This document shows, in pieces, positions 49,340 through 63,800 of a stretch of 64,000 nt of DNA. The notes under the pieces are model-generated. The model had not been told where the DNA came from and did no database searches. It saw only the letters and a list, made by a program, of their open reading frames with translations. A program made the position numbers and the translations under genes. This stretch comes from Paragordius varius. Its lineage: Eukaryota > Animalia > Nematomorpha. Each line of letters opens with the position of its first letter. The stretch's first letter is position 1. The DNA lies in contig OZ176053.1 in the NCBI GenBank assembly GCA_964247055.1, forward strand, positions 11,160,001 to 11,224,000, read 5' to 3'.

Positions 49340-50118
49340 ATTAGAATCGGTTAAAACTCATCGTTTTTTGTCAGAAACATTTGAACATCAAACACGTGAA
49401 AAATGGATTTATAAATAAAAATAAGATATAAAAAAAGACAGCGCTTTCTTAAACCACATAAATGTGAAAGAGTTATTGGTGAGAACCCAACAATTTAATA
49501 GCAATTGAAAGAAGCATTATATTCATCACAAAAAACATTCATCAGACGTCTACGAGTAATGGTACAATAAATTAAATGGGTCTTACATAATTAATATGAA
49601 TTTAAAATCGAATATAGCAAAATTTGTAATCAAAATTCAACGTCCGAAATGTAATCATTTTAGCATCGATAAGATGTGGTTATATTAAGTTAAAAATCGA
49701 GATTTCATTTTGCCATACGGATTCACCGACGCCGCCCTGGCCAAATTGCTAAAACCATGCTTTGAGTCTGGTTGATTTAAATGGTATTGTGTATTTTAGA
49801 TGCGTGGTGAAAGCTATAACAACAAATGATTGATTTAAACCCCGCATTAATAAGAAACGGCCGCAATGGGTTAGAACTCAGAACACATGACAAAATAATT
49901 TTGGTACATGACACATTGTCTCACACAGCAAAAGTGGAACCAAACTCTTTTGAACTAACGCCATCTGACAATATTTATTATACAAGGAGCTCTCGCAAGG
50001 GTTGGAAAATTGATTAAACATTTTTTGCAAAAGACAATCAACTTTTCTGGCATAAAATTTATCTATTACTTGAAAGAAAGGCAAAATATATAGAAGGAGA
50101 TGTAAAATATTTTAAATA
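49340..50118 (+). pseudogene. Decayed, near full-length mariner (Mos1-like) transposase
   Basis: ESVKTHRFLSETF..REKW; QLKEAL..SQKTFIRRLRVM..KWVLH; KRPQW; HDKIILVHD..SHTAKV; ELTPSD; HFFAKD..LFWHKIYLLLER.AKYIEGDVKYFK*. The last block matches Mos1 WFAAKDDEFYWRGIHKLPERWEKCVASDGKYFE. Confidence 0.85.
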
Positions 50119-50844
50119 ATATAAAATTTCCTTTCGATACATTTTTTAAACTAAAAAACTGGTAAAAATTATAATTACAGCTGATAAAATAGCAATATTA
50201 TTGAGTGTATGTAAAAAAAAATCATAAAATATTTTTTTTGATAATAGGTATTATACAACCTAAAATATCATTAATAGTAAAATTTAATCAATTAGTACGA
50301 TTTATAAAAATACAAATAAGCTTTAATTTTATTTTTTGAAAAAGTGATTTATGTTTATTTCCACAAATAATGTAATATTAGTTGTTCCTGTCTTGCTGGT
50401 CAATAGCCGGGTTAATTTCCCAAAAATTATAATTAACTAGCCTCATAATGAATAGTGGCATTATATTCCACAATTACATATTCAATTTTTCATTTCAGTA
50501 AATTTTTTAAGCTATCTTTAGGGTTAGCATTTCGAATGTAACAGTCGATCTTACTGTATTCAAGTCAATTGTATGATCAATGAATGCATGTATGTCCAAA
50601 ACATGGATTGGATGAATTATCAGAATAATATATTTTAGTTGGCAAATACATAAACATTTATTTAAAATTAATATATAAAATAATTTGTGCTGAGTTATTG
50701 ACCGGCAATACATTCTTAATTAAATGCACCTTTTATATACAAAACAACCAAATATGATATATGAATACTTATGAAGCTATTTATCAACCAGAATTTTAAG
50801 TATATTTCATGTTCAAAAATAATTTATAGTATTTTATATTTAAA

Positions 50845-51766
50845 TTACTTATTAGCTGAAGCTAGGCTAAAGTTTATATCCGATTGACGGTTTTGACTAT
50901 CTTGACGGTTTGTGGATTGCCACTCATTAGCATCCTTTAGTTTACACATTCATTATATTAATACATATATGTAATGGATGATAAGTAGCCTGAAATCATA
51001 ATTAGTTATACTTTCATATTTTATTTCAAGAATAAAATATAAAATGATAATATGGCTTTAAGAATAATTTATAATATTACGGACACTTTACTTCAAAACA
51101 CTTCTTACCAAAAAACCTATAATTTACCTGTGCAAGGTCCTTTGGAGCTAAAAGACGCGGGTCATTTAGTGCATTCTTAGCACACACATAAGTTTGAGAT
51201 TCCATTAAATTTGTGATGAAGGGCAAAGTTTTGGTTTTTTGAGCAATTACACGTGCCATAACTTTTGTCAAATCCTTCCCGACAGATTTCTATTATAGAA
51301 ATATTTTAAAGTTTAAATTGGCTAAATAAAATAATTAGGAAAAATTGGTTCGTTGTAAATATAATGTTAGAATTTCTCCTAAACTAATGTTTGTAAAATA
51401 ATATATTGTAAATACTAGAGTTAACCTTAACGGATTGCCTATCACGCAAACTCTCATGATCAAAAACAACACCATCACTTCTCTTTGCCAAATCGACTAT
51501 CAAACCTTTGCACTTTCGAGTGTGAGCATAGGCTTTAACATCTCCAAGAATAGGATTGTCATTGCTGTGTTCGGCGAAATAAATTGAACCTTTATCGAAT
51601 CCTACAGATATGAAATTACATTTATCATATACAATAAAATTAATTAAAATTTAAATTAAAAACATGTTTACTATTACAATATGAGAAGATAACTTTCAAA
51701 TTTCTCACCGTGGAAAAATATTATAAAAACTTTTAAATGGCTGGTTTATATAATATTAAAATTAAG

Positions 51767-51834
<68 letters not shown>

Positions 51835-54800
51835 ATGTGTTAACCAATAGGATATTTTGTTTTATCGTCGTATTCCAAAGGGCATTTAACCAAAGCATTG
51901 AACATAATGGATTGATCTTTTAAAGCTTGGAATAGACTTCCACTATCAATTCGCTATTATCATAAATAAATTATAGAAAAGCTTTACACATTGCCCATAG
52001 AAAATCGAACTGAATTTATATTACTGCATATATAAATATTACTACCTTATCATGGGACGGTCTTCGATGTGATATCAATTGCATGATTCTTATCGTATTT
52101 GGGGCAAAGTCCATTTCTTTGCTCACTAGAAATATTACATCTAATGGCCGAGGTGATGTTCGATCGGTAAATTTAATATTCTTCCAAACATTCTCAAAAT
52201 CGTCCATTTCAAAGGTGGTTTCTCCCTCTTTGTTTGAATAGTATCTTTGGATAGCGCTATACTTTGGATTGCCAAAACCCACAACCGTATATTTAATGTT
52301 TCGACCATCCACATTGTGCTTTTCCTTAAGTTCATTCTATATAACATTTATTTTAAAATTGTTTTATTTGGCGATTACATGTATATAAAACAAATTTAAT
52401 ATTTCATATTTAAGTGACAGATAAATGTATACAAAATCTAATTACGCTTCATAAAATGGAAAAAAATGTAAAAAAATACGTTAAGTTCTTTAACAGATCT
52501 CAATATATGGCTTTCAGTTTCTCTGACATCATTGGCTTCCTCAATCATGTAAACTATGTGCATTTTTCTATCTTGTGCCCCCGTTTGTTGAGTGGGCATA
52601 GTGTCATCCTCTTTCAGTAATTGATTACCAACTTGACAAATCACTATTTAAATATGGTATTTATGAAAAAATTATAATGGATCTTTTTTGAAATTTTTTA
52701 ATAATGTTTGGATTGAGGAAAAACTCATTTAAATAAGTTCCAGATAACAAAAAATTTAGTCGCATTAAAGCTAGAAAATTTTCTCGATATCAATAATATA
52801 CCACATTCTTTGGGTAATTCTATGTGGACATTTTTTGCAAAGCACTCAAGAGTTATAGCCCGAATAGTTTTGCAAAGCCCCTCCTGTTTTCCATGGGCTT
52901 GAGCGGCATTTAAAACGTCTTGCAATATATCAGGTGTGTATATAGGATGACAATTTCTAATATATCATGATAACATTTGGTTATATACTATAAAACAAAA
53001 CTTGTTAATGCGCTAAATAAAGCAATCATCCCAACCCTACGGTACCCTTACGCGATTAAAAATATGAATTTCCCCCCGACAAACAAAATAAGTATATTTT
53101 TTCCCCAATATTTTTCAATATTTAACGACATTCTTGACAAATTAAGTTATAATAAATTTTGTGGAAGAATTCTAATTTACAGAGCTATACAATTAAAAAT
53201 TGTCCATAATTGGGGTTTGACTTTTATGAGTTAGTTTTTTTATATAGAAACAATAAATCACCCCTATAATATATCGTAAACATTCTAACCTAAGTTCGGA
53301 AGAATATTCGGAAATAAATTCCTTGGTTATCCGTTGATCATGTGCATTATATTGAACATTTTGCAAGGCATGTCGAGAATAGAATCTATTGAAAATGGGT
53401 CAAACCCAAAAGTTATAATAACAATAGGTGCACAGATTGATTTTACTAAAATAGATTTTTAGATTATTACAATCTAGGAAAGATAGTTACAACAAAAATA
53501 AAATACATGGCTTCCAATTTTTTGGTGGCTCTCCTAGCTTCTGGTTGTAAATTTATCGGAAGTTTAGGATGCTGACGGTTATAGTGGCTTAATTCCCAAG
53601 AGTTAATAAAGGTCCGTAAATTATGGATAGATTCTTTGTTTGGAATATCAATTTTAGCATATAGATTTTTACCGTTTGCGGTTGTGAAATCATCCATAAA
53701 ATTTCCATTGTTTGTACCAAACAATCCTAGATTTATTTTTAAACTTAGGTTCCTTAAATTTCAAATTTATTTTATGTTGGATCTCATAATCCAAAATATT
53801 TATTTGTTTTACAGATAAGAGTACATTAAACCATTATTCTAGCGTGAAAACAATAAATAAAAACTAACCAGTAAATTGGTTAGCGTGAGCCTGAGACGCC
53901 GTAAAAACGAATGTATTATCATCAATGTAATACATTAGCATGTAACCCTCTTTTTCATTATAAGCTATGTATCGATCCACGGCGGAAAGGATTTCAAAAT
54001 TTCCATGTTTGGTTGGAAATTGCACTTGGATATCATTGATAAAAACCTTTTTTTTAAATAATTTTTAATATAGTAAAATAATTCATAATAGAAAATTCTA
54101 AAGTTAATCGAAAATAATCTATAAGGCCATCGGCAATTTAATGAATCCAGATTATAATTTCTAATCCCAAGATAAGCCAATTTAAGGCCCGTTTGGCTTT
54201 CTACCATATTTTGCCGCCGTTGGGAATATGTTTTTTAAATTTTAACTCAGACTTAAGCGGACCTGTGTGCGAATTTTCGATCGTTTCATTTAACAAGATT
54301 TAAAATTAAATTCGCAGTAATTATAAAAAGATTTATGCAGACTTAAGAATCCCAATATTTTAACTTCTTAAATGATTTTGGTTTAACTTATTTTAATAAA
54401 ATTTGAATTTGTTTTGCAATGAAATTCAAAATATAAGCTTATATTTAATTTTTTGAGGTTCCTAAGAATGAGCATTTAATTATTAAAATTAACCGTTATT
54501 TGTTTTTAGATGTTATAAGGTTGGTAACGACGAATTCCAAAGCATGCATTTCCAATTGGAAATACCCATTTTATTTTTATGCGTAAGGGCTACCATATAG
54601 TTTTTCTTTTAAAAATTTTTTGTGAAATTTAATTAACAAAAACATATCAGGAATCTCCAACTAAACTAACTGAATGATTTGCTTTATACAATTAAATATA
54701 TGTATATATATACAGTTTACAATCTTCATTTAGACGACTAAAATAATTTAATTATTTAACAAAAAACTTTACACCAACCAGGGCTGACAGTGATGATTAA

Positions 54801-57800
54801 AAAAATTGTTTCTCATGTTCACCATAGTCTACATTTTAAAACCATAACCAACCATCACGCCTTGGTAGCAAAATATAAATATGTGTGTGCTATAAAGTTA
54901 TTTACCCCGTTTTGTGCCACAGTAATAACATCTTTATTAGCTATTTTTATATCGATTTGAATTGCGTTTTCATTTGAGGCAGATGCCGACCACCTGGGAG
55001 CTGCTTGGTTTTGCCGATTTTGTTTGTTTGGATTCCTAGGTGATACAACCACATGGAGTTGGTTGTTAGTATCACGTGCCAATATGTATGAACTTGGAAA
55101 TTGATTTACATGATAAAGATTTTTATCCCATGATAAAATGGATGTACCATTTATAAGAGCCGCTCCAAAATGCATTTTAACTGGATCCTGATGTTCGGAA
55201 TTCAAAATAAAATCCCAACTATCATAACGATCAGCATAGTGTCCAAAACCCAAACCTTCTTTCAACGTTTCAAGAATCTGCAAAATTTTATTTATCAATT
55301 TACAATAATAAATATGTTTTTGTTAGATAAAGTTTATGATTAAGATTTTCAAACCTTAACCAAAGCTTTTATGCCAACGAAATCCTCCAAATCTGGCATG
55401 TGCTTGAAGCTTTCCCATTTAAATGGCAACGTCACATCTATCTGAGATTCGTCCTTCATATCCGTATTAACATTTATTTGAGGCCAATACATATTCGTTA
55501 GCAGTGGAACACCCAAAGCCATTATTCTGAGATAGTTAACAATAAGGGCTTCATCTTGTCTCATTTTATCGCGGTAATCTTTGTGTGCAAATATAGCGTT
55601 TCTGGCAGATTCAATGGGATTTTCATCTGCTAAATCACTCGATTCATCATTATCGGTTTGCCTTTGTTGACGCAATTGGGAAGGGGCTTGTGAAAGCCTT
55701 TCATAATTATTATTTACCGCATATTCAGCTAACTTGTCGGTACCATCAAACCGTCTCTCCTCGTTATATATTGAATCCCAATTAATTTGTCGTGAAGCGG
55801 CACCACGTCGTTCATCATTTAACACTTCAAATGGTTCTTGTTGAAGGTCGGGCTCCGTGTTTTTGAAATTGGCAAAGGCATATGCAAACATGCTTATAAG
55901 AGAATGGTTTGGTAAAACACCCTTACTTAAGGAAGACAAAAACTGACTTTCTTCATTATTTTGATAGTTTGCAGCTGAAAACGCTTTTTGAACCCGACGC
56001 AATAAGGCTTGTACAGAGGATTGAGAGTCTCGATTTAAGATTGACGAAAGGAGTTGACCCACAGAGTTTGGTTCATTCCTATGATAAAACAAATTTATGC
56101 TGACCGATGATAATACCATTACCAGATTTTATTTATTCTCCAAAAATATGAAACTAAAAGGATATCATTAAATTATAATCTGACAAAAAGGAAAAAAAAC
56201 GTTTAGGGACGAATATTTGCTGATAAAGCTTCAATCAAATTGACAGTGTAGTCAATTTCAAGATATATTTAGGACGCTATATACATACATACTCAGGCAT
56301 TTTATTATACCAGTTTACTTAGATATATTTTTTCAAATAAATAGTTACTTGAAAACGGATTGCTTGAGATCATTGATGTTGGAATAAAAGGATCTAATAA
56401 CTTCCAATATTTGATTCCATAAATATTGTAATTTATATTTCAAAGATTTTTGGGTTGCGATGGCACGTATTGTATGATGCTTTAACAACGATAAATCTTC
56501 GGCAATGTCAGGGAACACCTAAAATTAAAAAATTAAAACAGTAACAACTATCCTTGAAAACGGTCGAAAGTGTCCCGTTGAATCATTTGCTACCTCTTTC
56601 TTTTAAAGAATAATATTTTTGCAATTTTCATATAATTTCTGTAAACATTATCAATAATTATGCTATCAAGTCTTAAAACGCTGTTTTAATTTACTGTTTA
56701 AATACATGAATAAAAAGAGTTGTATTTTACAGATCTATACACACCCAATATTTCTCTCCTTTTTTCAGTCAAAGATTCATGATAAGATTGTTGAAGCTTA
56801 TTTTTTACAAACTAAAACCGATAACCTTCATTTCTGCTCAATTTAAACTGCAAAAAATATTGTAGTAAATATGTCAAACTTTTTATAGTTGCCCACATTC
56901 ATTTACTATATCGAAAATATATGCTTTTTAAGGTCATGTATATTTACATAAGTTGTAAATTAAAATATTCGGTTTTTTACCTCTAGAATAGCACTAAGTA
57001 TATCAGCAGCACCATTAGTATTTGTTGATTGCATTTGATGGCGTTGCCTGTTTGCATTGTTGTTATATAAGCGTCGGTTATTTGATTTTGGATCGGCTTG
57101 CAAATATCGATTTTGAATGTGCTGTTTTATTTGTTTACATAAACTATTTAATTGTTCGATGGGTGTATCAGAAGCTTGGGTAACAATGTCAACACCCGAT
57201 CTCCGTAGTTTTTTGATAATATCCTCTATAAGATGATGGACCCCATTCTCTATTAATTGGGATAACCGGTGTCCAGATTTTTTCATAATTTTTTCAACCT
57301 TATCCGAAGCATCCTTTTCCCATTTGGAATGGAGATGAACGGTGCGGGTGTTGTTTAAAATAGCAACCAAGCTATATGCCGGTAATTGATCTTGCAAATT
57401 TTGTCCCCAATTATTGGGATCAGATGCTTTGGGCGCTGAGACATTTGGATCCAGGATATAGAGATCAACTAAAGCTTTATCATCGGTTTCAATGGCGGCC
57501 CTTAGGTATAATGAATCCAAGAACTAACAAAATAAAATTGTGTTTAATGATTAATTTATCAACATATAATTTTTTAAATAATATAATAAACATCTACATA
57601 CTTTTACGTCAAAAACTTTAGTGTTAACATTGTAGTTTATGACAGAGGTATGAGAATCTTTTGGATCATGCGGATCTCCCGTTTGAATTATGACCATGTA
57701 ACTTGGCTTTTTTGTGTTAATGAAAATTTTGGCCATCAAATCACTATTATCTAATTGGAAGTTGAATTTGTGTAAATCCATTTCAGGATCACTTATGTAG

Positions 57801-60800
57801 TCGATATCTAATTTACGGATTTCCCCATTGTCCATCAGATAACTGGAATCAATATTGTATTTTTTATACGGTTTGGAAACGCTAGTTTCATAATTACCCC
57901 TAACTTTCCAGTCTAGTTTGCTATTTGGTTTGGTGATACGTAAATCCCCAATGACACGTGATAAACGCAGTCTAGATGCATCCTATTATTGGTGGGGTTT
58001 AAATTATTTTATAAAAAATAAATATTATGCATAGAAATTGATCATACTTTAAGATTGAGTTTGACCAAAAAGGATTTCCCTTCATCGTAAATTACTTCAC
58101 TCTCATAATTGACAATTGTTTCAGCATCGTGCAACGTTAATGTTGTCTGCGTTTTGATAGGTTTATCTACCTTTAATGAATCGGCTATGATCGAAGAAAT
58201 ATTGATAACAACTTTCTTTCTTAAACCGTAATTAGGTCCTGACGAAACAAGTATTCCATTAGCATGTGAATCAAAGCTTATGAATCGAGTGGGTACATTC
58301 TCATGATCAGGGTAAAATTTCATCTTAGTCTGGCTCTTTAACTTATCATTTTCCTGTTTTCAGTAAAAAAATTGTTATATATTTAAATATAAATGGAAGA
58401 ATTAGTTTTAAAATTCAATCGCAAAACATTCCAAAGAATACCATTTTAAAATCATATAATTTTCTTAATCTTATACCTTTAACAATCGAACCCTTATTGA
58501 GAAACAGACATAAAACATACAGTAAAAAATAGAATCATACAGAAACGTAAAAGCATAAAGACAAATATTATTTTCAAAAGACAACCATACTTTTTAAACC
58601 CTAATTTCTTCTATATAAATTATTTAATTACAATTGTAAAATATTGATTGATTGTATTAGCAATTTACATCTCTATATCACACATTGCAATTTTAAACAA
58701 AGAGTTAAATTGAAAAAGCAAGTTTAGGAAAGTACACAGGGGTCTTTTGAAAAAAATATTTGTCATTGCGTTTTCACATTTTATCTGTATAATTTCAGAT
58801 CCATTTTTACTGCATTTAGTTAGGATTGCAATATTATACTCGTTGATCATCATGATCCAATTCGATAACTACAGTTTTACGTGTAAGTTGTAACTTAGTC
58901 CTAGCACTAATATCACGATCATTCATTTTAACATCCAGTTCCCATTCGATGCGTCTGGGCATAACTGGACTCACTTGGGCATTCCAATTAAAGTATAAAT
59001 GTTGTGGTTCATTGCTAAACACAAACCCGTGTGATAGGGTATACGTTGACAAAATCACCTTAAAACTAGTTTCAACCTTAACCGGTATATATTCAATCAA
59101 ATTAATATTATAATCATTGTTTTGATTAGCATAAAGGGTATTCTGTTGTAATTGAGAACGTTGCTTGTTGAATCGATGATTTTGTCTTGCACGTTGGGAA
59201 TATTGATTTCTATCCGCGTTTGCATCGATTAATTCCTATAATTTAAGGATAACATATTACAAGCATACCCTAATCTTATATCTAAATCTTTTTAAGAAAC
59301 TTAATATGTAGCGAGATGACATAATTTAAGAATATAAAATCAACTATTTTACCAAAAGTTTGGGAGGCAAAACTGTCTTGAAATAAAATTTGGATCCTTG
59401 ATGACTAACAATTTTAAAAATGATTTCAGCTTCACTTTCTGTGCTTATGAATAAATCCATCTCAGGCATTCCAAGAGTTGGTTGGATCTTTACAACGACT
59501 AAAAAAAAGTTATATAATTTTTTAAGTATTTTATAATCATCAATAAACCGTAACACAAAGATATTTACTCTTAAATCTGGGATCAGTTTGCACAATAACC
59601 TTGATTGATGATCGCTTTTCTATATGCAAAAAGTAATAATATTTTTATTTTTAGATACCTGTTTAAAATCTAATAAAATATTCATGGAACCGAAAAAAAT
59701 ATATTAGTTTTCATTTTTTGCAAAATTATTTTATACCGTGGTGGCTCTGATCATACATTAGGAGCTCAGTTTTGTGGGACCATTGCGATTCCGTTTTTTC
59801 ACTGTGTACATTAAAAATAATTTGTTGTGCACTTTCCAAACTTGTGGTTGCATTAAACTATTAAAAATTATAAAATTAAAAGATGGTCAAACAATAAAAA
59901 ATAATTAATTTAAAAGAATAGCAGCTAAAAACCTACACACTGTAAAAAATATAATATTATACAGACAAAACGTAAAAATATAAAGCAAATATTTTTTGAG
60001 ACCACTTTTAAACTTGATTTAATAGAACCAATTGATTTGGATTGCCAAAAAAAGATGTATGGTTACACAATCAATTATATATTATTGAATTAAAATTAAA
60101 TAATTTATATAAAAAAATCAAGGTTTAAAAAGTATGGTTAGTTCAAAATTTTTTATGTTTTAATCCTTTATCTAGATAATTTCAATTTTTACAATAATTA
60201 CCTGCGCATCAATAGATTTATCTGATTTTGTGCCTACAACATTCCCCATAATTTTAAAATCGTCCTGAGTATATTTTAATTTCCCCTCCAATTGCTTGTT
60301 GCGAACCGATAATTGCGCTAACATATCAATGTTACGTACAGAGTCCCAAGGTAGCGTTGTTGTCAACATAACTAAACCATTCCGATCATCGTTTTGTCTA
60401 TAAGAAAAGAAACATATTTATATAAAAAATTAAAGGGGATGCCTTTAGATAGGTGTATTCATTTAATTATTTTACAGAAGTTATATCAACAAAATATAAA
60501 AACCAAAAAACATTTTTTTTCAAAAAACAACCATACTTTTTGAACCCTAATTTTTCCTTTATATACTAATTAATTATAAATGTATATAAATGATTGTGTT
60601 ACCAATTTACATTTCTTTACAACACATTTCGAATGCAATTCGGCCTGAGCTTTTAGTAAAATTTAATTATAAAAAAGCCACATTTCTCATGCAACATTTC
60701 CTTACCTTTTGACTTTTTTGTCCTAGTCTACCTTTTGAGTTTATCTCAGAGCTCATTTTGTAAATAAACTAGAGTTTTTAAATTATTTTAGTTAAAATTT

Positions 60801-63800
60801 AATGATTAAACATTATTATCGTGTATTAATAAAAAACTTATACTTTTTAGTGTGACTTCTACAGTCTAAAATTGGGACAGATCCAAAACAAGATTGAAAC
60901 GAACATTTTATATTCATAATATATAGAGTTTTTGCTGGTAAAATGTAGCCAGAAAGCTTCTTAAAGTTAATTATTTACATTTTCTAACCACAATATAAAT
61001 TTATTTGCCTGTTAGCTATTTTAAAAAAAATTTATATAAAAAAATGGCGGAAAATTTGAGTTGAAGATTTTTTCACATTACATTTTCAAAATTTCTTTTG
61101 CATAATGCGCCTAAAAATTGAAATCGCTCTGGTATATAAAACTAGCCCAAAAGGTAATGGCGTTTTTAGTTGCAATTATAAAAAACCAAATAAATAAAAT
61201 GATGAAAAAAGAAATTATTACTCATTTATATATATTTGATGTTTGTAGAAAACATCATAAACTTCGCCTTCATTATCGACAAAATGAACATTTAATTTCG
61301 CTGCCGAACTATCAGGCGTTCTAACATATGTGGCATATAACCGTTGTTTACCGACATTTTCTTCACTCAAAGCATTTTGTTCCGTTTGAATTTCAGCTAT
61401 TTGACTTTCGTGCTCAGCTTGTGAAGGCTCATTAACGTTTTGATCCATTTGATCCTTATCGTAAGCTTCGATCAAGAGTGTCATATTTTTGGAATTTCGG
61501 AAGGGAGACGTGTTGACAAATTCAGCTTTATAGTAGTTTGGACCGTCACCAAAGTCAAAATCTATTGTAGCTCTATAAATATGATAAATGTTGGATATAC
61601 ATTTACAATAATTAAATTTTTTTATAAAACGATAACACCAAATGTATGTTTTAATACGGTGGATTAGAAGTTAAAATATGATTAAAATAGTAAATATATA
61701 GCTACCTGATATGTGAAAGAGGTGTAACCAAAATCTCATAGGCTAAATAGTTTGAATTGTCCGTATCAATCGAGTATTGGTTCTCGTCAGATTCTGAGGG
61801 ACGATTTGGATTCAAAGAATATACAATTTTTTGCCAGATATTTTTCCTGCGGTTCAATCTGGAGTTTGATCCAGGAGCCCGATTTGCACCGCTAGTTTGG
61901 GCCCTAGGAAATTTCTGTAGCTGACCTCTACTATACCATTTATGTTTTGGTTCATCACTTTCATATCCCGGATATGCTGAATTGCGATGTGAGTTGGCAT
62001 TTTGATATGCTTCCTGCATTTTAATACGTTCAAAATCAAATTGCCCAAGAATCTTATGATCAGGGTATTCTTTCGTGTTAAAATCGACATGTAGGTCTAC
62101 GTGGGAATTCAGTTGTCTAATCGAGTCTTCATCATCATCATAGGGATTATGTCCTTGGGCATTTGCGTAGTTTTGAGATCGTTGTGCGCTCTGAGCCTCA
62201 TTGTCCCGTTCTATGTGTATTTTGACGATAGCGTTCCCATTAACCTTTTCGTCTTCAGACGAATCATATTTTACGTCTATATGTAAATTTTGATCAGCTA
62301 TAGAACCATGATTTGATGAATCATTTCTCACAGACACAGTGATATTCGACCATTTTGCATCATCGTTTGTTGAGTAATGGCCATGAAATTGATAATTTTT
62401 AAGCCCATTTCCCAAACTGCCGTCATGATCGGCTAAAATAAGAAAATAAAATGGACCCCATTAAAACAATTCCTTAGAATATATTGCTAAATAAAATAAT
62501 TTAATTACTTGTTTTTAACTTCATATTACATAGTTAAAAGAAGTATAAAATAACCTGTGTCTAATTGAGAAGATATATCAATCTCATGATTTAGTGCTGG
62601 GAATTGCGTTGATTCCATTTCGGATTTATACCTCATATTATGTGCAACTCTCTTTCGATCATATTGCATATATTTCTTAATAAACAACCTAATATATTTA
62701 AATATTTATTTATAAATGGAAGAAGGCGTGATGGTATAGTAGGTAGGGCGCGAGACTCTTGCACTGCGTGCCAGAGTTTGAACCCCGAAACTACGCAATT
62801 TTTCCATCATCACTGTCAGACCTGGGCAGACGAGTGTTTGTTTAAGCTTTCACAACTCCGGGTACAATTTAAGTCCCTACATATATTAAAGGAAAAAAGA
62901 GATTTTAAACTGTATATTATTTTGGTTTATAAATGGAAACCTTATAAAACTCAAAGTAAGAATCATATTGTAGAAATAAGTGTATTTGATAATAGAGTTT
63001 AAACTTTAAACCACAAAACGGAAATTTTTTCAAAAAATATTTAGAATTCCAAAAGACGTAAAACAGTTTTCTTGCATAAAATTTAAGGAGGATTAGATTA
63101 GATTATGCATAACGTTATGATTATTCTAGATTTGTTTATACAGTGTTTGATTTTTCTAAAAAAATAAGCAATTTAATATTGTATTCATCGAAAAAGCTAT
63201 ACTATTGATTCCGTCCTAAAATATGGCAAACGTGATCCTAGTAAAACAATTTGCATTCAGAGCAAACTAAATTATAATTATTTTGTGGCTTTTCGATATA
63301 TTTTAGTGATATTTTTTGCTGCAATCGGAACAGAATTACGTTCACAGGGATGTTTTTTCGGTTTTTAAAATCAACATCAATATTTAGTGGTATGTATAAT
63401 ATAAATTCTAATTTTTGGATAAATTTATAATTTAGACTGTTTAATTTGTAAACACAACACTATCGAAAGAACAAAAATAAAAATATCTCTAAAATATTGT
63501 TCATTTAAATAATAATTTTTGTTTCAATAAAATAATGTTGTTTTCGGACAATAATGCTTATCACATAATTACAACATTTTAATTTAATACTATTCTTTGC
63601 AAGAGGTTACTAATCCCAAATTTTAGTAAATAGTATGCCCCAAATTCAATACATATCAATAAAAAACTAAAAATATGGAATATGAAATTTCCAATGCCGA
63701 ATAACAATAAAGGTAAACCTTTGATTTTGTAATGTTTTTGTTGAATATTCCGTTTCGAATTTCAGGTCATAACTGGTAAGAGATTTTACGGTTGAACCCT

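Noticed and set aside
49826-50084. ORFs that might be extra LLTP exons or a small gene
   Set aside because: The plus strand here matches a decayed mariner transposase, and the LLTP has a plausible stop at 50845.
23679-62286. Numerous 60-90 aa ORFs antisense to or out of frame with ARID2, PTB-like and LLTP exons
   Set aside because: They overlap established exons or AT-rich introns and show no recognisable domain or splice support.
62725-62796. Functional tRNA-Lys gene
   Set aside because: The D, anticodon and T arms pair poorly, the B box is degenerate, and it is fused to a body repeated elsewhere, so a SINE head fits better.
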